DNA of 64,000 nt from Reclinomonas americana ATCC 50394 (lineage: Eukaryota): NCBI GenBank assembly GCA_048213135.1, contig PS015026.1, forward strand, positions 75,275 to 139,274, read 5' to 3'. The notes under the pieces are model-generated. The model was not told the origin of the DNA, did no database searches, and saw only the letters and a program-made list of their open reading frames with translations. Positions 18,965 through 32,873 of the stretch are shown piece by piece (the stretch's first letter is position 1; each line of letters begins with the position of its first letter). Both the position numbers and the translations under genes were made by a program.

Positions 18965-20763
18965 NNNNNNNNNNNNNNNNNNNNNNNNNNNNNNNNNNNN
19001 NNNNNNNNNNNNNNNNNNNNNNNNNNNNNNNNNNNNNNNNNNNNNNNNNNNNNNNNNNNNNNNNNNNNNNNNNNNNNNNNNNNNNNNNNNNNNNNNNNNN
19101 NNNNNNNNNNNNNNNNNNNNNNNNNNNNNNNNNNNNNNNNNNNNNNNNNNNNNNNNNNNNNNNNNNNNNNNNNNNNNNNNNNNNNNNNNNNNNNNNNNNN
19201 NNNNNNNNNNNNNNNNNNNNNNNNNNNNNNNNNNNNNNNNNNNNNNNNNNNNNNNNNNNNNNNNNNNNNNNNNNNNNNNNNNNNNNNNNNNNNNNNNNNN
19301 NNNNNNNNNNNNNNNNNNNNNNNNNNNNNNNNNNNNNNNNNNNNNNNNNNNNNNNNNNNNNNNNNNNNNNNNNNNNNNNNNNNNNNNNNNNNNNNNNNNN
19401 NNNNNNNNNNNNNNNNNNNNNNNNNNNNNNNNNNNNNNNNNNNNNNNNNNNNNNNNNNNNNNNNNNNNNNNNNNNNNNNNNNNNNNNNNNNNNNNNNNNN
19501 NNNNNNNNNNNNNNNNNNNNNNNNNNNNNNNNNNNNNNNNNNNNNNNNNNNNNNNNNNNNNNNNNNNNNNNNNNNNNNNNNNNNNNNNNNNNNNNNNNNN
19601 NNNNNNNNNNNNNNNNNNNNNNNNNNNNNNNNNNNNNNNNNNNNNNNNNNNNNNNNNNNNNNNNNNNNNNNNNNNNNNNNNNNNNNNNNNNNNNNNNNNN
19701 NNNNNNNNNNNNNNNNNNNNNNNNNNNNNNNNNNNNNNNNNNNNNNNNNNNNNNNNNNNNNNNNNNNNNNNNNNNNNNNNNNNNNNNNNNNNNNNNNNNN
19801 NNNNNNNNNNNNNNNNNNNNNNNNNNNNNNNNNNNNNNNNNNNNNNNNNNNNNNNNNNNNNNNNNNNNNNNNNNNNNNNNNNNNNNNNNNNNNNNNNNNN
19901 NNNNNNNNNNNNNNNNNNNNNNNGAGAGAGAAAGGGGGAGTGGGGAAGGGGGACAGAACGAAAGAAAGGAGAAAGAAAGACAAAACAGAAAGCGAGAGAA
20001 AGACAGAGAAACAGGGAAAGAGGAGTGGGAGTGAGGAAGGGAGACAGAATAAAAGAAAGGAGAAAGAAAGACAGAAGCAGAAAGAGAGAGAGAGGAAGAG
20101 GGAGAGAGAGGGGGTGGGGAAGGGTGACAGAATGGAAGAAGGAGAAAGAAAGACACAAGCAGAAAGAGAGAGAGAAAGAAACAGAGAAAGAGAGAAAGAG
20201 ATGCAGTTGACAGACAAATCCTCACAAAATGCAGAGAAGAGAAAATGACAAACCTGCACTTCCCGCAGCCGCCGCTGCAGAGCAAGTCTCAAGTCAGCGA
20301 TCACAGACAGCCAGACAGAGACGAGGAAAAGAGAGAGAGAGAGAGACACGATGCACTCTCAACAAACCCATTCAAAAAAAGCGCTTATGTAAACGCAGGA
20401 CACGGAAGTTACCAACGGAACTCATCAGCCCATACTCGTCCCCTCTGCTGTTAGCGCTGTGCCGTGCTGCATTCTCCCGCGCGCTTGCAAGCTTCAGGAC
20501 TTGAGAACGAAAATTCAATCCGCACAAAAATTCACGCATCTTTCATTGTTTGCAACGCGCGTTCGTGCTTTGTGTGTGTGTCACAGTGCGCGAGAGAGTG
20601 CATTGTGCAGGTTTGTGTGCGCGCGCGTGTGCGTGTGTGTGCATGTTGTGTAAATTGCTGACATGGAATCTATATTGTGCGTTGGCAGCTCTTCCCCCCA
20701 CTCTCTCTCTCTTGCGCGTGTGTGTGTGTGTGTGCATTAGTGTGTCTCTGCTGAGCTGATATC

Positions 20764-23456
20764 ATGGGCAGCTGCTTGTCGGTTTGTCAAACGAGACACA
20801 TGCATGTGATGCAACTGATTTCGATGTGCAGACTGAAGTGTGCTGTGTGTTTGTAAAGAGAGAGGATACCTCGTGGCATCCGCAGCTGTTGACGTTGATT
20901 AGGTTGACGGAGGAGGGAAAGCCGAGTCATGTGGAGTTGATTGCGGTGACGGCGCAGTTGTCGTCGAGTGCGAATCGGGTGCCCACGGTGGCCTCGGTCA
21001 TTGAGGTTGGTGGAGGAGGAAGGGAGAAGAGATAAGAGGGAAGGGAGATTGGGAGGGGAATGTGTGTGCATTGAGAGAGAGNNNNNNNNNNNNNNNNNNN
21101 NTGGTGCACAGTGCATGAGGGAGTGAGCAAAGAAGGAGTGTGTGTGTGTGTGTGAGGGCCAGAGCGAGGGCAAGGGTGAACGACTAAGAGCGCTGAGATA
21201 GGAATGTACATGAAGAGCTGAAGCAAGTGTGGAGGAGACAAGATGTATGTGTTGTGTGTGCTTCCGTGTGTGTGTGGAGAGGAGAGAGTCGAGCCCCTCC
21301 TATCTTTCACGCTCACTGTCCCCATTCCCCCACAGGGCGAGCTCGCGGAGATGCACGAGCACGCCGAGGCAAGGCGAGTGGCCCTCGAGTTCCTGGCGCG
21401 CAAAATGGGCGTCATGGCCGTGGTGCACACGCTGGTGGCGGAGACGGTGGAGAAGGGCCTGCAGGCGCTGCTGCAGCCGACGCCGAATGTGCCGGCGATG
21501 CTGAGGCCAAACACATTGCTGCTGGGCTGGCCGCGACAGTGGCCGAAGCGAGTTTTGAAGGGCGCGATGGAGTGGGCCGATGTGTTTGTCGACGCGCTCT
21601 TTGATGCGCACGCGGTGGAGATGGCGGTGCTGGTGTGCAAGAACATGGACACGTATCCGACGGAGCAGGACAAGGTCATGACGGGGCGTGTGGACGTGTG
21701 GTGGTTGCCTCGTTGCGCACACCCACACAAAGTCGCCTCTCCCTCATTTCTTGGCCTCATTGTTGTGTGGCAGCTGACCATGCGGACGAGTTAGTGTTCT
21801 CGGTGATCAAGTGGCTGCACAAGCACCCGATATGGAGACGGTGTAGTGTGCGCGTGTTGGTGGGAGTGGATCCGGCGCGCATGGCGCCGGCGCGTGTCAC
21901 CGAGTTTGTCGCGCAGACGTTGAGAAGATCGGGGATTCGGGCGTCGGTGGTGCAGGTGTCGCTGCAGGTGAAGAGGGGGAAAGGGGAAGGGGAAGGGGGT
22001 AATGGGGGAGGGAAAGGGGTAGAGGGGGAAGGAAAGGAAGGAGTGGGGAGAAACTCGACGATTGAAGGGAACGGGGCGCAGTGAGGCGTTTGGAAGAAGA
22101 GTGGGGAGGAGTGAGAAGGCGGGAAAAAGTGGTAGAGTGGGCGACGTGAGACTGGAGACGAATGTGCAGTGAATTCCGTGTTGAAGTCGGGTTAGTGAGC
22201 AGTGCGAGGAGAATAGGCAGAAAGGTGCAAATGATTTTCTTGGCGTACTCGGGAAGCAGAGAGACGAAAAATGTAGTGGACGGAAGGTGCAGTGACTTCC
22301 GTGTCGTCTCAGAAAGCAGAGGTAAACGAAGGGTAAGGTCAAAAAGTTGCAGTATTTCGCTGAATAATGCGCGGAATGCAAAGAGGGGCTATGCTGCAGA
22401 GTGGCTCGGGGGGCGAGGTCAGTTATCTGCAGCAATTCGCCGTGTCGTGCTCACATTTGCGTACTCTTGTGCAGGTTGAGGAACCGCCGACACATGCCAG
22501 GTGACTTGCTCCCTCCTCTCTCTCTCTCTCTCTCTGTCTGTCTTCCCCCCCTCACTTTCCCTCTCCCTCCTCTCCCCCCGCAGCCTGGTACCCCACACAC
22601 ACATTCAAGAGCTGCCGGTGCTGAGCGGTGGCGCCTCACCGTCGCTGCGAGCCGCGTTGAATCGCCGCCAGCAGCTCAATCGCCGCGGTCTGACGGCCAC
22701 CATTCGCGACCCGATGGCCAGCTCGTCACACTCGCTCGCAGCACTCGAGGGCGGTGCTCCGGGCGCCGATGATGCACGGCGGCGTGTGCACTTTGCGGAC
22801 ACTGTGGAACTCATCTCGTATGTGCTGGATTCGGTGACTGCCGATCCGGAGAGACCTCCGCCGCATCTGAATGCGCCAGCCACGCCGCCGGTGTTGAGCA
22901 CTTTTAATCTGGATATTGGCGGGTCGTTGCTGGCGGAGGGTGGTGGTGAAGGCGGGGCGAGTGGGAGTGGAGTGGAAGGGTGCGTGAAAAGGGAGAGGGG
23001 GGAGAGAGGGAAGGAAGGGTGAGAGTGTGAGAGGGAAGGATGGGGAGCGCCATTGTTTCGCATAGCGAGCGAGTGGTTGTGTGTAGGAGGGAAGCAGGAA
23101 AGAGCGAAGAGAGAAAGGGGGAAGAGAGCAAAGGATGTATGCATACAGCGATGAAACAACAACGAATTGTGCTCATAGGAGAGAGAAAAAGAAGGAGCGA
23201 GGAGGAGGACCTAGAGTGTACGTGTGAGTGATGGAGTGACGGATGGGAAGAGAGGGAAGAGAGCAAACGAGGAATGCATGCAGCGAAGAAACAATAACAA
23301 ATTCTGCTCATGGGAGAGAGAGAGAGAGAGAAAAGGAGCGAGGAGGAGGACCTAGAGTTTGCGTGTAGGAGGGAAGCGAGAAAGAGCGGAGAGAAAAGGG
23401 GAAGAGAGCAAACTAGGAATGCATGCAACGAAAAAATGACAGCATTGTGCTCATGG

Positions 23457-23508
<52 letters not shown>

Positions 23509-23881
23509 GAGGACGACGTAGAGTGTGTGTGTGAGAGTGAGTGGAGTGAGGAGTAGGAGAAGGAAGGACGGGAGCGAGAGAAAGGAGTATGCATGACGAG
23601 GNNNNNNNNNNNNNNNNNNNNNNNNNNNNNNNNNNNNNNNNNNNNNNNNNNNNNNNNNNNNNNNNNNNNNNNNNNNNNNNNNNNNNNNNNNNNNNNNNNN
23701 NNNNNNNNNNNNNNNNNNNNNNNNNNNNNNNNNNNNNNNNNNNNNNNNNNNNNNNNNNNNNNNNNNNNNNNNNNNNNNNNNNNNNNNNNNNNNNNNNNNN
23801 NNNNNNNNNNNNNNNNNNNNNNNNNNNNNNNNNNNNNNNNNNNNNNNNNNNNNNNNNNNNNNNNNNNNNNNNNNNNNNNNN

Positions 23882-23920
<39 letters not shown>

Positions 23921-24838
23921 AGCGAGGAGGAGGACCTAGAGTGTGTGTGTGAGAGTGATGGAGTGACGGATGGAGAGAAGCGGGAAGCGAGCAAAGGAGG
24001 AATGCATGCAGCAAGGCGTTGTTTCTGTGTCTGTGAAGGAGAGTGAGAGGACAGGCAGAGAGTGAGTGAGAGAGCGCGTGCGCGAGGATGAGGGAGCGGA
24101 AGAGACAGTGCGGAATGAGAGAGAGTCAGATAAGGGGAGAGATTGCACGGTGTGGCATTCCTGTACGTATCTGCGCGTTGATGAACATGGTGACCAGAGA
24201 AAGCAACGGCGAGACGTAGCTATGTGTTCTAAAGTGGATTTGAGGGCGGTGAGATTCTCTGTTCTTGTCTTCTCTGTCTGCATAGGTTGCTGTCTCTTTC
24301 ATGCACAGCTCTCTCTCTTTCTCTCTCTGTATGTGTGTTTCTTCATGTGTGTGCGTGTAGATATCGCACTGCTGTGCCAAAGCAGATTTCGTGCGAGAGA
24401 CAAGTCTTTTGGAGATTACAGTTCAGAGACGTGTGCCTTGTCCATCTCTTACGCACCACCTCTCACCCACAGAGAGGCTGGCCGTGCACCGAGCGTGGAC
24501 CCTGCCGAAATCCGGTTCTCACCCGACGATTTCCTGCAACCGGCTCGCGATCTCAACTCTGCAGTGGTGGCCTACTCGCACGATGGTATGGGTTGCAGTT
24601 ATTCGCCTTTTACAATCTCTTTCTCACATCGCGTTTATTGCAGCCGACCTCGTGCTCCTCGGCCTGCCGGAACCCTCCGAAATGCATCCGCCTGTCTACT
24701 GTTGCGTCTGAGACAACGCACTCTCATCTCTCTTTCATCTTCTCACATGTGGCTCTCGCAGACCTCGACTACGTGGAGAAGATGACGGCCAACCTCAAGT
24801 GTGTGTGGCTCGTACGCGACGGACTGCGCAGGGAATAG
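20764..24838 (+). CDS. Protein made of an SLC12 (cation-chloride cotransporter) C-terminal cytoplasmic domain, with no transmembrane domain visible
   Basis: WHPQLL (cf. KCC NWRPQLL), GLQALLQ, RPNTLLLGWP, GRVDVWW, LHKHPIWRRCSVRV, DLNSAVVAYSHDADLVLLGLPEP, YLDYVEKMTANLKCVWLVRDG. ATG at 20764 with an in-frame TGA at 20752. Confidence 0.85.
23090..24012 (+). repeat. Degenerate purine-rich tandem repeat (units roughly 140 bp) in an SLC12-CTD intron
   Basis: Recurrent blocks AAGGAGCGAGGAGGAGGACCTAGAGT and GGAATGCATGCA...TGCTCATGGGAG. Confidence 0.75.
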
Positions 24839-25601
24839 TCTCGATTCCACTTTCTCTCTGTCTCTTTTTTATCCTTTCGTCTGCATTCTCCTTTCGTTTT
24901 TTTGGTTCCCTTTGATTACGTAGTTGCAACAACCAACAAAAGAAAAACGCAATTGCTTGCAGTAGAGTTGCTTTCCTTGCGTCGCAGAGGGAGAGATGGG
25001 AAGCCGTCCGTTCACTGTTGAACTTTCTTTTGTGATGCAATCTCTCTGCCTGGTCTTCGCCATTTCCCGTCTTGGTTGAGCCACGTATAATCGCAGAAAA
25101 CGGGCCTTTTGATCCCGTGACCCTTGACCAACGCCTCCGCTTCACGGATCCGGACCCGGCTTTGCTTCGTTTGCCTGGCTATGTGCCGTGTACGATTGCA
25201 GAAAACGCTATGCGTCTATAGCTATGCAAGTGCGTCAAATCTACTGTTCAACCACGCTTATGCGGTGAATATCGCAGTTCTCGACTTGTTCGGAGCTCCG
25301 AGAGCGGACACACGCTGCCTGAACACTGGTGTTGTTGTTGTGCTGATGTTTTGGATACGGTTGGACTTGGTCATCAAGACAGCTGTGCTTGCAATTGTTT
25401 GTCGGCACACGAATTGTTGAGGCAACTGTTGGCCTCCCTGCGAAGGCTGTGCAGAATCCGAATTTCCAGCATCGCGTTCGAATTCAGTTTATTGAATCGC
25501 GAAAATTGTGTGCTGCATGCCACGGATCGCCCGGACGCACACCCGAGGAGCAAGAGCGTTTCTAGAACTGCATATGGGTTGCTGCTGCGGTTTCTCTTGC
25601 A

Positions 25602-25868
25602 GAAACGCCAGCATCAGCCATCTCGACTTTTTCTCGCTTTTTTCCGTGATGTCTGAGTTTCTGGTGCTCACTCAAGATGGCGATCATCGTGCAGCTGTGT
25701 TGCTGTTTGGATTAGAAAAGTTGTTGTTCTTGTTGTTGTTGTACGCCGGCGTCAGCAATATTAGATTTTTCGATTTTTCTCACAGTTTCCATGATGCCTC
25801 AGTTTCTGGTACTCACGCATGATGGTCATCATGCACCTGTGTTACTGTTTGGATTACAGAAGCTGTTT
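25602..25868. repeat. Diverged tandem duplication of about 140 bp directly upstream of the ankyrin gene
   Basis: AGTTTCTGGTGCTCACTCAAGATGG...CTGTGTTGCTGTTTGGATTAGAAAAG versus AGTTTCTGGTACTCACGCATGATGG...CTGTGTTACTGTTTGGATTACAGAAG. Confidence 0.85.
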
Positions 25869-25968
25869 GTCGCCGTTGAAAGGATATCTGGATATCGGAA
25901 ACGCAGTGGACCGACGTCTACAGCGGTGACGTCATTCACTCTTTCACTCTGCGCACGAGAAGTGAGCC

Positions 25969-28333
<2,365 letters not shown>

Positions 28334-28381
28334 CCACATTTTGTTCGCTTCTTCACTCTCCCCTTCGCTCCTCCTCCTCTT

Positions 28382-31300
28382 TCACCACCAGCCATTGGCG
28401 CGTCGCACTTGCGTGAGTGCATTCTCCAGCCGCCCGCTGTTGATCCACTCGACGAGCGCGCGTGCAGAAGGCACACGCGCGGTGACGCTGACCACGTGCT
28501 CCTCGCCGCTGTGATCGGTGGCGACCGCAAAGTCGCCATTGTCGAGCAGCATGCGCAGCGTGGAGGACCACAGTCGTGCCGACATGGTCACGCGTTGCTC
28601 CACGTCTTCTCCTCGCTCGTCGTCGTCGTCATCATCGTCGTCGTCGACCGTGGGACTGGTGTCGAACTGCACCACCAGCTCGCACTCCCGCGTGAGGCGC
28701 ACTGTCGACGGCGCGTGCGGGGCCAGCTGCACACCGAGCCAGGCCACGATGGCGGCGTGCGCTGACTTGTGTGTGGCTGCCGTGCGTGGCGTCACCATGG
28801 GGAGCATGCAGTCGGCGGCCGCTGCCGTGGTGAAGCAACAGCTGTTGGCGGGGGACTCGAGGGCCGCCGGGCTGGTGCTCTGCGTCGAGAATACGGTGCT
28901 CGGGCGGCTCTCCACGAATTGGACGGGGAGGCCCACTGGGAGGGGGGCGGTGGAAGAGAAGGTGAGCAGGAGTGGAGGGTATGGCGTGGCAAAATACTAT
29001 CCTGCTTCTCTTATGTGTAATCCCACTCTCTTCTCTTCACTCCTCAAAGCCACAGGTCTTCACTCTCCGTTTCACCAGTCGCACTCTGTAACATTCTCCT
29101 CTCTCTCTCTCACTCTCCCTCTCATCTGTTTCTTTCCTCTTGCTTCATTCTGTTCCGTCGTCCGTCTCGCTGCAATAGAACAGATAGCAGCTGGCAGGCA
29201 GAAGATTCACGAAGCATAAGGACGGAACCTGCTTCACTCATGCACACTTACTCTCTTGTCTTCTTTCCCTGTTTCTCAGTCCCGCCTGCTGATGGCAACT
29301 GTTTTTCTCCCAGTCTCTCTTATTTTTCCTCGGTTTGTCTCTCTTCCCTTGCCCGTATCTATCTCGCTGCAAAGCAACGGAAAGACGTACCAGCGATGCG
29401 AGGGAGAACTTGAATGCGCAGCGAACACTGTCTTCTTCTCCCATGCACACTCATTCTCTCCTTGTATCTCAGCTCCGCCTCCTCTCTCGCCATTTGCTCG
29501 CAGCTCTCTCTCTCTCTCTNNNNNNNNNNNNNNNNNNNNNNNNNNNNNNNNNNNNNNNNNNNNNNNNNNNNNNNNNNNNNNNNNNNNNNNNNNNNNNNNN
29601 NNNNNNNNNNNNNNNNNNNNNNNNNNNNNNNNNNNNNNNNNNNNNNNNNNNNNNNNNNNNNNNNNNNNNNNNNNNNNNNNNNNNNNNNNNNNNNNNNNNN
29701 NNNNNNNNNNNNNNNNNNNNNNNNNNNNNNNNNNNNNNNNNNNNNNNNNNNNNNNNNNNNNNNNNNNNNNNNNNNNNNNNNNNNNNNNNNNNNNNNNNNN
29801 NNNNNNNNNNNNNNNNNNNNNNNNNNNNNNNNNNNNNNNNNNNNNNNNNNNNNNNNNNNNNNNNNNNNNNNNNNNNNNNNNNNNNNNNNNNNNNNNNNNN
29901 NNNNNNNNNNNNNNNNNNNNNNNNNNNNNNNNNNNNNNNNNNNNNNNNNNNNNNNNNNNNNNNNNNNNNNNNNNNNNNNNNNNNNNNNNNNNNNNNNNNN
30001 NNNNNNNNNNNNNNNNNNNNNNNNNNNNNNNNNNNNNNNNNNNNNNNNNNNNNNNNNNNNNNNNNNNNNNNNNNNNNNNNNNNNNNNNNNNNNNNCCCTC
30101 CACCCACCTTTCTTCCCCGCAGCAGCAGCAGCTGGTGGATCATTCTTTCGCCGCGCACTGCTCAACGTGCTGCTCCCCGCCGCACTGCTCCTCGCCGACA
30201 ACGCATCGCCGCCTCCCTCAATCAGCTTCATGTAATCGTCGTCGTCGAGCAGACTCGGCGTCGCACTGCCTCCACCACCACCACCAGTACCACTCGCAAT
30301 GCTCCCACGTCCACCGAGTCGGCCAACAGGTGGAGGTGCAGCGGCCAGTGATGACAAGCTGCTCGTGCGACGTCCTGTTGGTTGAGAGGGAGTGAGGGGA
30401 GGCAGGAAAAGGGGAAGGAGGAAAAGGGGAAGGAGGAAAAGGGGAAGGAGGGGAAAGTGGAGGAGGGGGAGGAGAGAGGAGAAGGAGGAGGAGGAAAAAG
30501 AGGAGGAGGAGGAGATGATGATGAAGAAGAAGAAGAAGAAGGGAAGGGAAGAAGGAGAAGAGGAAGGAGAAGAGGAAGAAGGAAAACAGGAGCAAGATCA
30601 AGAAGAGGAGGGACAAGAGGGAAAAGAAGAAGAGGAGGGGTCAAGGAGGAGAAGAAGAAGAGGAAGGAAGATGAGGAACGGGAGCAGAAGAAGAAGAAGA
30701 AGAAGAAGAAGAAGAGGGAGATGAAGGAGCAGGAAAAGGGGAACAAGAACAAAAAGAAGAAGAAGGAGGACGACGAGGAGGAGAGGAAGAAGAGGAGGGT
30801 CACGGAGACGAGGGAGGAGGAGGACAAGACGATAACAACAACAACAACAACAACAACGAGAAGAGGGAGAAGAAAGAAGAAGAGGAAGAAGAGGAAGGGG
30901 AATAGGAAGGGGAAGAAGGAGAACAGCAGCAAGAACAAGAAGAGGAGGGCAAAGAGACGAGGGAGAGAAGAAGGAAGAAGGGGATCGAGAAGAAGAAGAA
31001 GGAGGACGACGAGGAGGAGACGACGACGGAGAAGGAGAAGAAGAGGAGGGTCAAGGAGACGAGGGGGGAGGAGGACAAGACGATAACAACAACAACAACA
31101 ACAACAACTACAACGAGAAGAGGGAGAAGAAAGAAGAAAGAAGGAGGAGGTCGATGAGAAGAAGGAGCAGGGGAAGCGGAAGAAGGATAACAGGAGCAGG
31201 AGGGCTAGGAGATGAGGGAAAGAAGAAGAAGAGAAGGGAGAAGAGGATCGAGAAGAAGAAGAAGAAGAAGAAGAAGAAGAGAGAGAGAGAGAGAGAGAGG

Positions 31301-32068
31301 AGGAGAAGAAGGAGAAGAAGAAGAGGAATGATGATGAGGAAGGGGAGAGAAGGAGAAGAAGAACAGCAGCACGAACAAGAAGAGGAGGGTAAGGAGACGG
31401 GAGGAAGGAGGGGAAGAAGAGAAGGAAGCAGAGGATCGGGAAGAAGAAGGAGGAGAAGAAGAGGAGGGTCAAGGAGACGAGGGAAGGAGGATGAGAACAA
31501 CAACGACCAGAAGGAGGAGAACAAGTTCGAGGAGAAGAAGAAGAGGATCGAGAAGGAGGAGAAGGAGAAGGAGAAGAAGAAGAGGGCGGATGATGAGGAA
31601 GGGGAGCAGAAGGAGAAGAAGAATAGCAACAAGAACAAGAAGAGGACGAGGGGGAGAAGAGCAAGAGAAGGAAGAAGAAGAAGAGAAGAAGAGGGAGATG
31701 AAGGAGCAGGAAAAGGGGAACAAGAACAAGAAGAGCAGCAGCAGCAGCAGGAGGAGGAGGAGGAGGAGAGGAAGACAAGAGAAGGAAGAAGAGGATCGAG
31801 AAGAAGAGACGATGCCTGAGAGAATGCACAGAGAGAGAGAGAGAGAATGGGAGACAAAGAGAAAAAGAGGAAGACACACAATACCTGCTGACTCTGGAGG
31901 AAACGCAGAGGCGCCCTCACCGGGGAACTGTGTGCAATGAAAATATCGCAAATCAGTGACGTCGCCCTCAGTCTCTCTCACTCTCACTCACACACAAATG
32001 CACACACTCAACTCTGCTCTTTGAAAAGGGATCATCATCGCCGTCCTTGCCCGCATCACTGCCGGGCA
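28382..32068 (-). CDS. Hypothetical multi-exon protein (exons about 32068-32010, 30375-30098, 28936-28382)
   Basis: Coding-like open frames flanked by polypyrimidine/AG acceptors. No recognisable domain, and exon linkage is uncertain. Confidence 0.45.
30385..31875. repeat. About 1.5 kb polypurine (GAA/GGA/CAA) low-complexity intronic tract built from reiterated blocks
   Basis: Blocks such as GAAGAGGGAGATGAAGGAGCAGGAAAAGGGGAACAAGAACAA and GGAGGGTCAAGGAGACGAGGG recur. Confidence 0.9.
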
Positions 32069-32873
32069 TCGCACTGACAGAGAGAGAGAGAGGAGGGAGT
32101 TGAGAGACACACACTTTCTTTCTCACACACACAGAGACAAATGAATGAATCATGCGTGCAGGACACTCACCCACTGGACGACTTGCGCCCTCCCAGACGC
32201 GGTGCGCCACTCAAGGAGGTCATTGTGCACACACAGAGTGAGTGAGAGGCAACAGGGACAGTCCGCTGCATGCGAGCACTGTCCGTAACGGTCGACAAGA
32301 AACGAGAAAACATGAGACGCGCTCGGTCTGCTGCAGCTGTGCACTCAATGAGCATACGTGACTCTCTGTGACAGTGCAAGTAAGAGAGAGAGAGAGAGNN
32401 NNNNNNNNNNNNNNNNNNNNNNNNNNNNNNNNNNNNNNNNNNNNNNNNNNNNNNNNNNNNNNNNNNNNNNNNNNNNNNNNNNNNNNNNNNNNNNNNNNNN
32501 NNNNNNNNNNNNNNNNNNNNNNNNNNNNNNNNNNNNNNNNNNNNNNNNNNNNNNNNNNNNNNNNNNNNNNNNNNNNNNNNNNNNNNNNNNNNNNNNNNNN
32601 NNNNNNNNNNNNNNNNNNNNNNNNNNNNNNNNNNNNNNNNNNNNNNNNNNNNNNNNNNNNNNNNNNNNNNNNNNNNNNNNNNNNNNNNNNNNNNNNNNNN
32701 NNNNNNNNNNNNNNNNNNNNNNNNNNNNNNNNNNNNNNNNNNNNNNNNNNNNNNNNNNNNNNNNNNNNNNNNNNNNNNNNNNNNNNNNNNNNNNNNNNNN
32801 NNNNNNNNNNNNNNNNNNNNNNNNNNNNNNNNNNNNNNNNNNNNNNNNNNNNNNNNNNNNNNNNNNNNNNNNN

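Noticed and set aside
25090-25160. tRNA T-arm-like string (GGTCACGGGATCAAAAGGCCC) on the minus strand
   Set aside because: No TTC loop, acceptor stem or cloverleaf could be built.
30228-31987. Long Arg/Glu/Lys-rich or Ser/Leu/Phe-rich ORFs in the ORF track
   Set aside because: These are artefacts of stop-free polypurine intronic DNA; the same applies to ORFs running through N gaps and dinucleotide tracts.
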